A DNA stretch of 50,451 bases from a virus (Duplodnaviria > Caudoviricetes): positions 1 through 50,451 of IMG/VR virus record IMGVR_UViG_3300043418_000062. One strand, 5' to 3'. Made by a program: the position numbers and the translations under genes. The notes below the pieces were generated by a model. It worked only from the letters and a program-made list of their open reading frames with translations, searched no databases and was not told the origin of the DNA. Below are positions 35,053 to 44,413 of the stretch, piece by piece (the first letter of the stretch is position 1; every line of letters starts with the position of its first letter).

Positions 35053-36144
35053 TTAGGCTACTGCGGTCTTGTTAACTGCAAGCTGTCCCTGTGGCATGAA
35101 GTTAACCATAAACTTCACAGAGTCTTCGCCTTCGGTGTTGTCCATAACAGCATCTGCGATGAACTTAAATACGTTCACAACATCACCAGCTGCAATTGCT
35201 CCAGAGCCATCGCCAATACGAGTTACTAGGTAACCTGATACGCGAGCATCAGTTGCACCCTTGAAGGTAGCAAATGCGTCTGCGTAAGCACCGGTGGTCT
35301 CTGAAGTGATGCCTCGGAAGAAGGTTAGCGAACCAGAGAACTGAGCAAAGCCACGAACCTGTGCGTTCGACTTGTCAACAATTCCCTTGTCGTCAATCTT
35401 GTTTGACTCGCCAGCACCGAGGTCGTAACCATCCCAAGCGATTGCTTCGGTAAGGTTTACGCCACCAGTAATAACCGAGGCATCTGGTGAGGCTAGAAAA
35501 GCAGACTCATTGGTAACATCGGCAACTGGAACCCAGTAAACTGCAAGGTTTCCGTTTGACTGTAGCTTTGTACCGGTAATAGTCTTAGTTGTTGGACCAG
35601 CACCTGCGGTACCAGAAGCGGTTGCAACGTTAACTGCAAGCTCACCGGTAGTCAAGAAGCGAGCACCATCGCGAATCATCTCGCCGTCGCCAATCAAAGC
35701 AACTGGGTAGTCGGTAGTTACGCCGTAAGCGCTAACTAGGTCGCCAACAGCAAAGGCTGCGGTTGCAGTCTTACCAATGCGCTTGATTAGGTAATACTTT
35801 GTACCAACTGCTGCGTCAACAAACTTAGTCTTGAAAAGGTTGTATGCTGAATCAGCTGCTGAATCTGCATCGCGGAAGCCATCAAGAGATGCCTCGTAGT
35901 TGAACATAGTTGGGGTCTCAACAGAAGCGTTGTCAACAATAGCAAGAGAGCTGTCGTTGTCAGAGTCGGTCATGTTAAGGGTGTAGTCGTCAGTGACGGC
36001 TTGTGAAATGTTGAAGACCTTAGTTGGGTCAGTAAGCTGCGCTAGAGTAGGTGCCCAGGTCGAAGCAGTAATGTCTGCACCACCGAAAGCATCGCTAGTC
36101 GCAACGAAAAGACCAACGTTAGGTCGAAGCATCTTAGTTGCCAT
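35053..36144 (-). CDS. Major tail (tube) protein with an internal tandem domain duplication
   Basis: Position; the two halves share motifs (YLIKRIG/YLVTRIG, AVGDLV/AAGDVV, GELAVN/GQLAVN). Confidence 0.85.
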   Translation of the reverse strand: MATKMLRPNVGLFVATSDAFGGADITASTWAPTLAQLTDPTKVFNISQAVTDDYTLNMTDSDNDSSLAIVDNASVETPTMFNYEASLDGFRDADSAADSAYNLFKTKFVDAAVGTKYYLIKRIGKTATAAFAVGDLVSAYGVTTDYPVALIGDGEMIRDGARFLTTGELAVNVATASGTAGAGPTTKTITGTKLQSNGNLAVYWVPVADVTNESAFLASPDASVITGGVNLTEAIAWDGYDLGAGESNKIDDKGIVDKSNAQVRGFAQFSGSLTFFRGITSETTGAYADAFATFKGATDARVSGYLVTRIGDGSGAIAAGDVVNVFKFIADAVMDNTEGEDSVKFMVNFMPQGQLAVNKTAVA

Positions 36145-36147
36145 GCT

Positions 36148-36360
36148 TTATTCCTCGTTTTCTTCAGTAATAGTTACAGGTTCTGCTACGATTAGCTCGA
36201 CCTCTGGAGCAGGCTGCTCCTTCTTTTTTGTTTCTTTCTTTGGTGCAGCCTGAGCCTCTTCGCCTACAGCGACTAGGTTCTTGCCCAAAACTGGGTGCTC
36301 GATGTAGTGTGCTGGCACGTTAGATACGATACCAGTAACCACGTTCTTTGCTAGAGCCAT
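36148..36360 (-). CDS. Small virion-associated hypothetical protein
   Basis: ORF with RBS upstream of major tail. Confidence 0.65.
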   Translation of the reverse strand: MALAKNVVTGIVSNVPAHYIEHPVLGKNLVAVGEEAQAAPKKETKKKEQPAPEVELIVAEPVTITEENEE

Positions 36361-36387
36361 GATATTCCTTCCATACTAGGTTCTATT

Positions 36388-36807
36388 CTACCATACAGTG
36401 TTCAAAATAAACGAAAACATAATCTCAGAGACGTATCGAGTTGGTCGAGCCGTTGCATCAATATATGTGTATGGAGAAGTGATTGGTGTTAACTCGCCAG
36501 CGTCTAATGGTTTGAAGCCAATAAGTTTCTGTCGCACTAATTCAGCGACCTGACGTGAAGCCCTTTGACTTGGGGCAATGCACAGGACAGACATCACCGA
36601 GTTGCCGGCAGCATCCTTCACTCCTGTGACTGGCATCCCTGCTTGATTCACAGTTACGCCAGCGTGTTCTACAATAATATAAGGTAACAGGTTCCCTGCT
36701 GAGTCGAAGCGTAGACGAGTGTCGTCAGGAACGCCATCATCATAGATGTCCTGAGATAGTTCGCCTAGCTCGGCCACAATTGCATCTTGAACTTGCATTA
36801 ATGTCAT
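36388..36807 (-). CDS. Tail terminator-like protein
   Basis: IYDDGVP...PYIIV pattern; position. Confidence 0.65.
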   Translation of the reverse strand: MTLMQVQDAIVAELGELSQDIYDDGVPDDTRLRFDSAGNLLPYIIVEHAGVTVNQAGMPVTGVKDAAGNSVMSVLCIAPSQRASRQVAELVRQKLIGFKPLDAGELTPITSPYTYIDATARPTRYVSEIMFSFILNTVW

Positions 36808-37424
36808 TTTAGGTTCTTCATTCTGTATTCTAGCATCCTACCAAAACTCTTGTCAAACTGAGAAGATAGATAAGCTGCGGTCTTTGGGACAGCACCCATA
36901 GGGCTTGTACCATTACTGATGCCATCTTCCTGAAACGAGAAGTAGCGATAATATTTACCCTGTGCACCAACCAGGCCAGTATTCCATCCAACTGCTACGA
37001 TAGTCTCGTTCTTCAGGCTCTTAGTGCGGCCACGAACAGAATCCAGCATCTCATGAGTCTCAATACGGCCTGGACCTTTAGTCTTGTTTGGGGCTGACTT
37101 GATTATCTCTCTAAAGTAATCTTTACCAGCAGAGGCAATCATCTTACCCCATTCGTTCGCGCTATCCTCCAAAGCCCTGTCCCATGCCCTGATTTGAACT
37201 GCACCAACTTCTTTAAAGCTGTCACCGTCTTTTTCAAACTCAATAGAAAAGGTATCTTTCTTATAGCCCTTTTTTGAAATGGCTGCTCTATCAATTTTAG
37301 ATAGCTCGGCAGCTACTTTTCTAGTACCACGAACAAACTCTTGCTTTTCTATTACGAATAGTACGCCAACTGAGCCACCTAGTTCTGGTGGCGTGGTTTC
37401 TTTACCAGTACGTTTTCCAGGCAT
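36804..37424 (-). CDS. Neck / tail-completion protein
   Basis: GRIETHEMLDSV...FQEDG; position. Confidence 0.55.
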   Translation of the reverse strand: MPGKRTGKETTPPELGGSVGVLFVIEKQEFVRGTRKVAAELSKIDRAAISKKGYKKDTFSIEFEKDGDSFKEVGAVQIRAWDRALEDSANEWGKMIASAGKDYFREIIKSAPNKTKGPGRIETHEMLDSVRGRTKSLKNETIVAVGWNTGLVGAQGKYYRYFSFQEDGISNGTSPMGAVPKTAAYLSSQFDKSFGRMLEYRMKNLK

Positions 37425-37906
37425 TAGCTAGTTACCGTAGGGTCCAATTCTGAGTCAACCTTGCACAGAAGCGTACGCTCCCAGGCGTTGCTTGAATTTA
37501 ACACGTCTGTAACGATGTAAACAAACTTAGTTAGACTTTCCTCATAAGAAGATGTAACCACCTTAAGTCTGTGGTTAGGTCTAATGTCAGGCATCTGTAC
37601 ATCCTGCCCAACAGCGGTGTTTTTATTGTAAGGCAACTGCACTCGAATAGTCTTAACGAAGGCAGGGTCGTAAGCGTTTGATGTCTCTGAAGGGCTGCCT
37701 ACAGGCTGGATGCGAGCAGGGCCAGTGTAGATAGTGGTAGCGTCGCCGGTCCAAGTATTATTAACAGCGTCATATACCTGCGAACTACTTGCAGGATTAA
37801 ATACCTCAACAGTCGCCAAGTTAAGCGCATAGCCAACTGCTCGGTTATGCGTTAACCAGCGAGGGTCAATAGCGCCTCTTGAGTTTAGAGCCAAGTGTTT
37901 CCCCAC
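37424..37906 (-). CDS. Head-to-tail stopper (DUF6093-like)
   Basis: IYTGPARIQP pattern; position. Confidence 0.65.
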   Translation of the reverse strand: MGKHLALNSRGAIDPRWLTHNRAVGYALNLATVEVFNPASSSQVYDAVNNTWTGDATTIYTGPARIQPVGSPSETSNAYDPAFVKTIRVQLPYNKNTAVGQDVQMPDIRPNHRLKVVTSSYEESLTKFVYIVTDVLNSSNAWERTLLCKVDSELDPTVTS

Positions 37907-38280
37907 TTCACAGCAGGGGGTGCGATGACAAATGACTCGTACTGGTCAACCATATCATCTTCCTTTGCTTCATCCTGTAGAGCCTTAGCTTGAGCACGAA
38001 GCTCTGCACCAAGTTTTGCTCCATCGGTAGTGTAGTCAGCTGTGCGAATAACCTTGTTGATTAGCGCTTCAGACGTAGCTAGAACAAGTTTAGCCTGAGC
38101 TGCTGCTCTCTTAACGTTGTCGCTGTAGAGTGAAAGAAACGCTTGAATCTGCGAATCGTTGAACAGGTAAGATGCGTCAGCATTAGGGTCGGCTAGGTTA
38201 TCCAGCTGCTCAGTGTCTGGGATTAGCAATCGAACTTGGCCGATAGCGGTGGCATAGTTTGGAGGGGTTGTATCCGTCAT
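37885..38280 (-). CDS. Head-to-tail adaptor
   Basis: IGQVRLLIPD...FND.QIQAFL...VKRAAA; leaderless start. Confidence 0.75.
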   Translation of the reverse strand: MTDTTPPNYATAIGQVRLLIPDTEQLDNLADPNADASYLFNDSQIQAFLSLYSDNVKRAAAQAKLVLATSEALINKVIRTADYTTDGAKLGAELRAQAKALQDEAKEDDMVDQYESFVIAPPAVKWGNTWL

Positions 38281-38289
38281 AGTTTTATT

Positions 38290-38424
38290 CTATCTTATCT
38301 CAACGATATCTGTAATCTGTTGACCACATGGTCCACAGATACAGAGTTCCGCTGGGTCCTCGAATGGGATTGCAATGCCGTTATTCTCACAGCCACTTGT
38401 GTGGCAAGTTAGGTTTTTAATCAT
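38290..38424 (-). CDS. 44-aa Cys-rich fibre-associated protein (CHTSGCEN...CGPCGQQI)
   Basis: Translated by hand; TAATG coupling to the collagen fibre gene. Confidence 0.65.
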   Translation of the reverse strand: MIKNLTCHTSGCENNGIAIPFEDPAELCICGPCGQQITDIVEIR

Positions 38425-40664
38425 TATCCTGCTGCTGCTCCTGATGTCATTTGAATTGCGGTCCAGTTAGCTGTACGACCAACGTTTCCTCCTGCTGTGC
38501 CAGCCCAAGCGTAGACAGTAAAACCTGATGCTGTAACGCTACCAACTGTTGCAGATGTTGAAGTGGCAGACGAAACCAGCGTTGCTGTAACAATTGGTGC
38601 AACGCTAAATCGTGAAGCTGGAAAAGTAACAGATGCGCTTGCTGTAACAGAAACAGAGCCAGCTGCCATAGAATAAGCAGTATTTGTTGCAACTGCTTTT
38701 CTTAGAAAGGTGACATCCCTAGTTGTGCCATCAATAGATAATACTACGTTATTACCTGAATCAAATATTCTTAGCGATGGTGAAACAGTTGAGCCAAAAG
38801 CATCAATACTCCACGCTATAGTATTATCTACTGCTCTAGCAAGTCCCAGCTGGCCTCCCTCCTCTATAGAATCTGTACGACTAATTTTTGTATTAACGTT
38901 AGATGCAGCATCCGTAAGGCCGTATCCAGCAATAGTAGTTGGCTTGGCTGTCAAGTCAGCAAATGCATGAGTGTGGTTACCTAAAGCAACAGTAGTGCCG
39001 CTTGTACCAGTAGGAACACGTGCAATGTCCAGCGTGCCAGAAGTAACATCTGCAGCTGCGTGAGTGTGTGAAGCAGCCGCATAAACACCAGTATGTAAAT
39101 GGTTACCCAGTGCAACAGTAGTGCTAGTTGTTCCAGTTGGAATTCTAGCGATATTAAAAATACCCGATGTAGTATCAGCTGCTGCATGAGTGTGTGATGC
39201 TGCTGCATAGGTTCCATTGTGATTGTGATTACCAAGCGCAACTGTTGTTCCAGTTGTGCCAGTTGGAATACGAGCAATATCTAGGGTTCCAGATGTGATA
39301 TCAGCAGACGAGTGGGTGTGACCAACCGCTGAAATGCCAGCCTCGGCAAGCGTCTTGTTTTCCCATAGGTTAGAGGCTGTGCGTTGAATAACCTCACCAG
39401 TTGCAGGAGCATCAATCTTCACGTCGTGTAGTTCATCTAGCTCAAAACCGTTTTGTGGTTTAACAAAGATTTCACCATTATTAGCATTTACACGAGTTAC
39501 AACACCAATGTACACAAGGTGGTCAGGTGCAGATGGTTTAGTAGTTGAGCCGCCATAGTGCCAAAAGATAAGGTTACCATTAGTTCCAAGCCATACCGCA
39601 TCGCCAACTGTTGCTGTAGAGGTGTCCAAGCCAGCAAGCAAGCCCTCGGTTATAACATTAACCTTAGCATTAGTTGACCCACCATTTTCAAGTAGACCCA
39701 TAGTCTTAGACGATGTTGCTTCAGCTGCATTAGATGCCTTGGAGACAATCATGTTTGTGCCATCAGCAGATGAGACGTATACAGCTTGCCCCTTAGCAAT
39801 TGCATCGCCAAGTTTTACTTCATGCTTAATAGTTGAGGTGTAAGATGCAGCTGGAGCTACATTTGTCCAATAGGTATTGTAGTCTGTGCCATCAACCTTT
39901 GTTAAAATCTGGCCAGCGGTTCCACCGGCTGCAATGCCAGGTCCAGCAGGGCCGGTGGCTCCGGTAGCTCCCTGGATTCCTTGTGGGCCAGTTGCACCTG
40001 TTGCACCTGTTGCACCAGTAGACCCTTGAGGGCCAACAAGAGAGTCAAGCCATTCAGCTTCTGTACCGGTGAATCCATCTAGCTGTGCAATCTGATAAGC
40101 AGATAAACCAGTTAAGCCTTGGTCGCCTTTTGACCCAGTAGCGCCAGTAGAGCCAGTTGGACCAGTAGCACCCATAGGACCTTCAGGACCTGTCGGACCT
40201 GTAGCACCATCAGCACCGGCTGGGCCAGTGAGCCCAGTTGCGCCCTGAGGACCAGTTTCTCCCTGCGGTCCCATAAGACCAGTCTCACCTTGGATACCCT
40301 GAGGCCCCTGAGGTCCTGTTGCACCAGTCTCTCCTTGAATACCCTGTATTCCCTGCGAACCCTGAGGTCCAGTATCGCCTGTAGGGCCAGTTTCTCCCTG
40401 TAGACCTTGTGGTCCCATTGGGCCAGTTTCGCCTTGAATTCCTTGAGGCCCTTGTGAGCCTGTTTCTCCCTGTGCACCTTGTTCTCCTTGAATACCTTGA
40501 GGGCCTTGTGGTCCAGCTGGCCCCTGCGTTCCGGTGCCAGAATCTGAGCCACCACCGCCGCCGCCGATTGGTCGCTTATCTAGTTTCTTAATTTCCTTCT
40601 CAACCTTCTGAGTCCAATCCTGGGACTGGGGAGGGAGATTTGTGTCAGGGAAGTAGATTGTCAT
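38424..40664 (-). CDS. Collagen-like fibre protein with His-rich repeats
   Basis: Long Gly-X-Y tract; three HTH..AD.TSG...[16 protein letters not shown] repeats; likely start MTIYF at 40664. Confidence 0.85.
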   Translation of the reverse strand: MTIYFPDTNLPPQSQDWTQKVEKEIKKLDKRPIGGGGGGSDSGTGTQGPAGPQGPQGIQGEQGAQGETGSQGPQGIQGETGPMGPQGLQGETGPTGDTGPQGSQGIQGIQGETGATGPQGPQGIQGETGLMGPQGETGPQGATGLTGPAGADGATGPTGPEGPMGATGPTGSTGATGSKGDQGLTGLSAYQIAQLDGFTGTEAEWLDSLVGPQGSTGATGATGATGPQGIQGATGATGPAGPGIAAGGTAGQILTKVDGTDYNTYWTNVAPAASYTSTIKHEVKLGDAIAKGQAVYVSSADGTNMIVSKASNAAEATSSKTMGLLENGGSTNAKVNVITEGLLAGLDTSTATVGDAVWLGTNGNLIFWHYGGSTTKPSAPDHLVYIGVVTRVNANNGEIFVKPQNGFELDELHDVKIDAPATGEVIQRTASNLWENKTLAEAGISAVGHTHSSADITSGTLDIARIPTGTTGTTVALGNHNHNGTYAAASHTHAAADTTSGIFNIARIPTGTTSTTVALGNHLHTGVYAAASHTHAAADVTSGTLDIARVPTGTSGTTVALGNHTHAFADLTAKPTTIAGYGLTDAASNVNTKISRTDSIEEGGQLGLARAVDNTIAWSIDAFGSTVSPSLRIFDSGNNVVLSIDGTTRDVTFLRKAVATNTAYSMAAGSVSVTASASVTFPASRFSVAPIVTATLVSSATSTSATVGSVTASGFTVYAWAGTAGGNVGRTANWTAIQMTSGAAAG

Positions 40665-40701
40665 AATACATCTATTATACCACTGATTGTCTCGAAATAC
40701 G

Positions 40702-40740
40702 AAAAACCCCTCGGAGCGATAAATGCTCAACGAGGGGTTT
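40702..40740 (-). terminator. Intrinsic terminator downstream of nrdJ and the candidate sRNA
   Basis: AAACCCCTCG...CGAGGGGTTTTT on the - strand. Confidence 0.8.
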
Positions 40741-40778
40741 CTCTAACACAACACACATAGTAAGGAGGAACTATGTGC
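40702..40778 (-). ncRNA. Candidate ~75-nt sRNA with anti-SD loop
   Basis: TATAAT at 40788-40783, then CACATAG-TTCCTCCTTA-CTATGTG hairpin, then terminator. Confidence 0.5.
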
Positions 40779-40790
40779 TTCTATTATATC

Positions 40791-42830
40791 TTACTTATTG
40801 TTCTCCACAATCAACTTGACTTCACAAGCATCTGTGGTGCAGTACGCTTCGCCAACTGCGTCAGCTGCCATACCAGCATAGACACCAGCAAAATCAATCG
40901 GAAAGAGCTGCAATGCGTATTCTTCATACTCTTCTTTTTGAATCTGTGTGTAAGGCATCTGTGGATAAACGTGGTTTCCAGATGGCAAGAACGATACAGT
41001 CTTTAGCTGACCGTCGTACATATGCAATACGGTTCCAACGTGCTTTGATTCTGTTTCTGGGTCAAATGTCACAGTCACAGATACTGAGTTATCGGACCAG
41101 TAACGCTGTGCGGTTGCAGCAAGAGCCATCTTCTCGAAGATTGATACATCACGTTCAGCACGTTTTGCACCAGCCTTGATTGGGAAGAATACAACTGAGG
41201 TGCCAGTTGGGTCTTCTGAAGCAGCCTCGACTCGATAGTTAGCCATCTTGAATAGAGGTAGCATCGGGTCAGAGTTCTTGAAGCGAATTGCACGAAGGAA
41301 GTATTCGCCACCCGGAGTCCAGTGAACACCTGGTGATTCACCTGCGAGGATTGATACAGTGCCAGATGGCTTAACTGTTGTCATCTTCACAGAAGGGCGA
41401 ACGCCTAGCCACTCAGAGTAAATCTCGTCATAGCTCTTTACTGTGTCGTAGCCTTCATCCATCCACTGCTTCAAGACTGGGATGCCATTGTTATCAGCGA
41501 AGTTAGCGATACCAGAAATAGATGTTCCGATACGGCGGTTACGCTGCATAATGGCGTTAGTCTCTTCCCAGTGAGTAGGAAGCAAAGTTACTGTCTTTGC
41601 GTAGAGGTAAGCAAACTTCAAAGTACGCTTGAAGTCCTCTAGTGACTCGTGACGGTTCAAGTAGGTTTCTACAAGGGTACACATCTCGAATGACTCTAGT
41701 GACTGCTCTGCACAAGGGTTATATCCGACTACTCGGTGGTCCTTATTGTTTGGGGCATCTTTTAGGCGACCATATTTGCGTGACTGGTCCATCCAGATAA
41801 CTCCAGGCTCACCATTGCGGATAATGCCATCAACAATAGGGCTGAAGTCAGTTCCAACTGAAACCTCTACTGAGTTGTTAGACATCCAAGCCCAGCCTGG
41901 AGCCTCTGCATCATATGAGTTACGCTCAGGGAATCGCTCTGCGTTCTTTAGGTTTAGGAAGTCCTCGTCGTCAATGCGACCGATTAGAAGCTCCGCTGAA
42001 CGGCGAACGTTACCAGCAACAACAGCAACACCAATCATGTTACCAATGTCAGCGATGTCCTTGCGAGTTAGCTGCTCACCTTCACGACCAAGGAAAATCT
42101 TGCGAATACCGTTGTGCAACTTCATCAGAGGCTCAGGACCAGAGGCAGTTCCACCAAAGGTCTTGATAGGCTCACCGTATGGGCGAACCTGGTCGTAGTT
42201 AAAGTCCCAGCTAGGCTGTCCTGGCTTTAGAAACGAGTTGATAACTGCTGCTAGTGACTCAGCCCAACCCTGACGAGTGTCAGGAATGTCGTAAGTCTGT
42301 GGAGCGCCTGGAGCGTAAATCTCAAAGCCCTTGTCTGCACCCTTGTCATCAAAGCCAACGCCAACGCCAAGCATAGATGCTTCCATAAGGAAGTTGAATG
42401 GCTTTGCTGGGTTATTCTTGGTCATCTCATTAGTTGAGACAAACGCACAGTTCTGAAGGGCTGCTGAGTTCTTCTGAACATTAACAATGTCAGTTCCCAT
42501 GACCCATAGGCCACGACCAGGTGGTGTCCACTTTAGGTCAAATAGACGACTAAAGAACTCCTTTGCCGAAGCCTGTGCTTTTGCGTCTGACCAAGGCAGT
42601 CTCTGTTGCTTCGCATAGTCCTTCTGAAGGCTGTAGGTGCCATTTGTGACACGCTCACATACATCTGCCCAAGTTTCCTTTGTTCCGTCTTCCTTGAGCC
42701 TGCTGTAGGTTCTCAGGAAGGTAATTTCACCTACCGAGTTACCGGCAACGTCGGTGTAACCGAATGGTGCCTGTTTTTTGCGATAATCGCTGACGAATTC
42801 GTCTGTGAGCTTGAATGAAAAGATGCTCAT
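40791..42830 (-). CDS. nrdJ: Class II (adenosylcobalamin-dependent) ribonucleotide reductase
   Basis: PPGRGLW, LQNCAF, GNVRRSA, NPCAEQ, TTVKPSGT, DNSVSVT; C-terminal CTTDAC. Confidence 0.95.
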   Translation of the reverse strand: MSIFSFKLTDEFVSDYRKKQAPFGYTDVAGNSVGEITFLRTYSRLKEDGTKETWADVCERVTNGTYSLQKDYAKQQRLPWSDAKAQASAKEFFSRLFDLKWTPPGRGLWVMGTDIVNVQKNSAALQNCAFVSTNEMTKNNPAKPFNFLMEASMLGVGVGFDDKGADKGFEIYAPGAPQTYDIPDTRQGWAESLAAVINSFLKPGQPSWDFNYDQVRPYGEPIKTFGGTASGPEPLMKLHNGIRKIFLGREGEQLTRKDIADIGNMIGVAVVAGNVRRSAELLIGRIDDEDFLNLKNAERFPERNSYDAEAPGWAWMSNNSVEVSVGTDFSPIVDGIIRNGEPGVIWMDQSRKYGRLKDAPNNKDHRVVGYNPCAEQSLESFEMCTLVETYLNRHESLEDFKRTLKFAYLYAKTVTLLPTHWEETNAIMQRNRRIGTSISGIANFADNNGIPVLKQWMDEGYDTVKSYDEIYSEWLGVRPSVKMTTVKPSGTVSILAGESPGVHWTPGGEYFLRAIRFKNSDPMLPLFKMANYRVEAASEDPTGTSVVFFPIKAGAKRAERDVSIFEKMALAATAQRYWSDNSVSVTVTFDPETESKHVGTVLHMYDGQLKTVSFLPSGNHVYPQMPYTQIQKEEYEEYALQLFPIDFAGVYAGMAADAVGEAYCTTDACEVKLIVENNK

Positions 42831-42892
42831 ATATCCTCCTTTAAAGGTTAGTGTTTTGTGGTTGGTCTACCATTATAACATACCCCACAGAC

Positions 42893-42929
42893 AAAAGCAA
42901 ATCCCCCACCCCGAAGGGTGAGGGATTGC
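42893..42929 (-). terminator. Intrinsic terminator after the major capsid gene
   Basis: Stem with C(UUCG)G loop followed by a U-rich tract on the - strand. Confidence 0.8.
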
Positions 42930-42944
42930 AATTTGGAGCTAGGT

Positions 42945-44042
42945 TTAGCTTGCGCCACCGCGTGATGCAATGGTACCAGCTGGAACCAAGAAGCCACCAG
43001 TAGCGATGTGACGAATACGCATCTCGAAGTCGTCGTTGTCGAAACCACCGTCGCGAGCAGGAACTGCACCGCCACCAAGGTATAGACCGCCGTTAGCCTT
43101 AACGCGAAGCTCAGGAGTCTCGTATCCACGAAGGAAACCAAGAGCAACTGAAGGGTTCAAGGTTGCAGATGGAACTGGAATTAGGAACCAGAAAGCGTCT
43201 GCGCCTGAGTTAATCTTCTTAATCCAAGGGTTTACAACAATCTCAATCTGTGAGCCGATTGGGTTACCAGAGATGGTGCGAGTTGCAACATCACCAGTAG
43301 TTACGTCGGTCTGAACTGACTGAACTGCAAGAATCTTGCGAGCAGTCAACTCTAGAGACGCAGGGATAACCAATGCGAAACGTGAGATAGGGGTTACTAC
43401 CTGGCCGTTGTAAACCTGAGTGTTAGCAGCCTGGATTGCAAGCTCTAGGTTCTCAAGAGTTAGGGCGAAGTTGAACAAGTTACCGTTACCAGAGTTGAAG
43501 TTAGTAGCGTTCAAGCCAGAAGCTGAAACAAGCTGCTTAGTAACTTCTTCGTCTTCCTTGCCAGCAGCCTTTAGGCCAAGCTCAACAGGTAGACGCTCTA
43601 GAAGACCGATGTTGCCATCGTTAACGATTGACTCCCATGAGAAACGGATACGCTGACCGGCCTTCTTTAGCTGGATTGACTGCTCAGTAGCAGCAAACCA
43701 ACCGGCGGTTGGGTACTCGTCGTACTCGCCAACGGTAGGAAGTGAGCCAGCGCGGAATGTGTCTCCAGCGTTGTCCTTACCCTCGTCTTCGTAGGCTAGG
43801 TTCATGTATGTCTGTGGGCGGAAGTCATCAAGGACTAGCTTGCTTGCGAAACGGTCCCAAACCTTTGGAGCTGCCTGGTAGTTCTCAAGAAGAATCTTGT
43901 TGATGGCTGGAGCCAACTGCACAGGAAGGTCTGAGGTAGAGATACCTTCTTGTAGCTTTAGCTTGTCTGCGCGGTCGCCGCGTAGTGCACCTTCGAGTAG
44001 CTTTGCAGCCTCTAGGTTGCGTGGGGTAATGTTTTCAGTCAT
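42945..44042 (-). CDS. Major capsid protein
   Basis: STSDLP...DFRPQ...LP.VGE..EYP...F.WE.IVND...FLRGYETPE...FDND pattern; position. Confidence 0.9.
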   Translation of the reverse strand: MTENITPRNLEAAKLLEGALRGDRADKLKLQEGISTSDLPVQLAPAINKILLENYQAAPKVWDRFASKLVLDDFRPQTYMNLAYEDEGKDNAGDTFRAGSLPTVGEYDEYPTAGWFAATEQSIQLKKAGQRIRFSWESIVNDGNIGLLERLPVELGLKAAGKEDEEVTKQLVSASGLNATNFNSGNGNLFNFALTLENLELAIQAANTQVYNGQVVTPISRFALVIPASLELTARKILAVQSVQTDVTTGDVATRTISGNPIGSQIEIVVNPWIKKINSGADAFWFLIPVPSATLNPSVALGFLRGYETPELRVKANGGLYLGGGAVPARDGGFDNDDFEMRIRHIATGGFLVPAGTIASRGGAS

Positions 44043-44053
44043 TGTCTATATCC

Positions 44054-44398
44054 TTACGCTGCTGATGGAACTAGGCGAACGTAGACAGTGCCAGCTGAAG
44101 TGCCAGTCTTTGCTGCGATTGCGTGTCCGATGAACTTGTTGCCTGAAGCAGTAACGTTAATAACGCCAGCTGAGGTAACATATACGGCTGCACCAACAGT
44201 AATTGCTACTGAGGTGGTTAGGGCTACAACGCCATTTAGCTTGAGGGTAGTGTAGTAGTTACCGTCTTCGCCTACTGCTGCGTCGCGCTGTGCGATTCCG
44301 ACAATCTGACCAACCTGAACCAAGTCGCCTGAGTTAACAGTGCTTGCAACAGGGAAAACCAGCTCATTGCCGTCTTTGTAAATCTCGTTAAGAGCCAT
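44054..44398 (-). CDS. Capsid cement/decoration protein (DUF2190-like)
   Basis: V.SGDLVQVG.IVGIA...GAAVY...IGHA...VYVRL. Confidence 0.8.
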   Translation of the reverse strand: MALNEIYKDGNELVFPVASTVNSGDLVQVGQIVGIAQRDAAVGEDGNYYTTLKLNGVVALTTSVAITVGAAVYVTSAGVINVTASGNKFIGHAIAAKTGTSAGTVYVRLVPSAA

Positions 44399-44413
44399 TT
44401 ACTTTTCCTTTTC

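Noticed and set aside
38960-40530. Collagen and His-repeat DNA repeats as a DGR or array
   Set aside because: Explained by protein-level repeats with synonymous divergence; no reverse transcriptase in the genome
40773-41006. + strand ORF with a perfect AAGGAGG RBS
   Set aside because: Antisense to nrdJ, protein sequence implausible, ATG buried in a stem, and no + strand promoter seen; the - strand sRNA reading fits better, though this is not excluded
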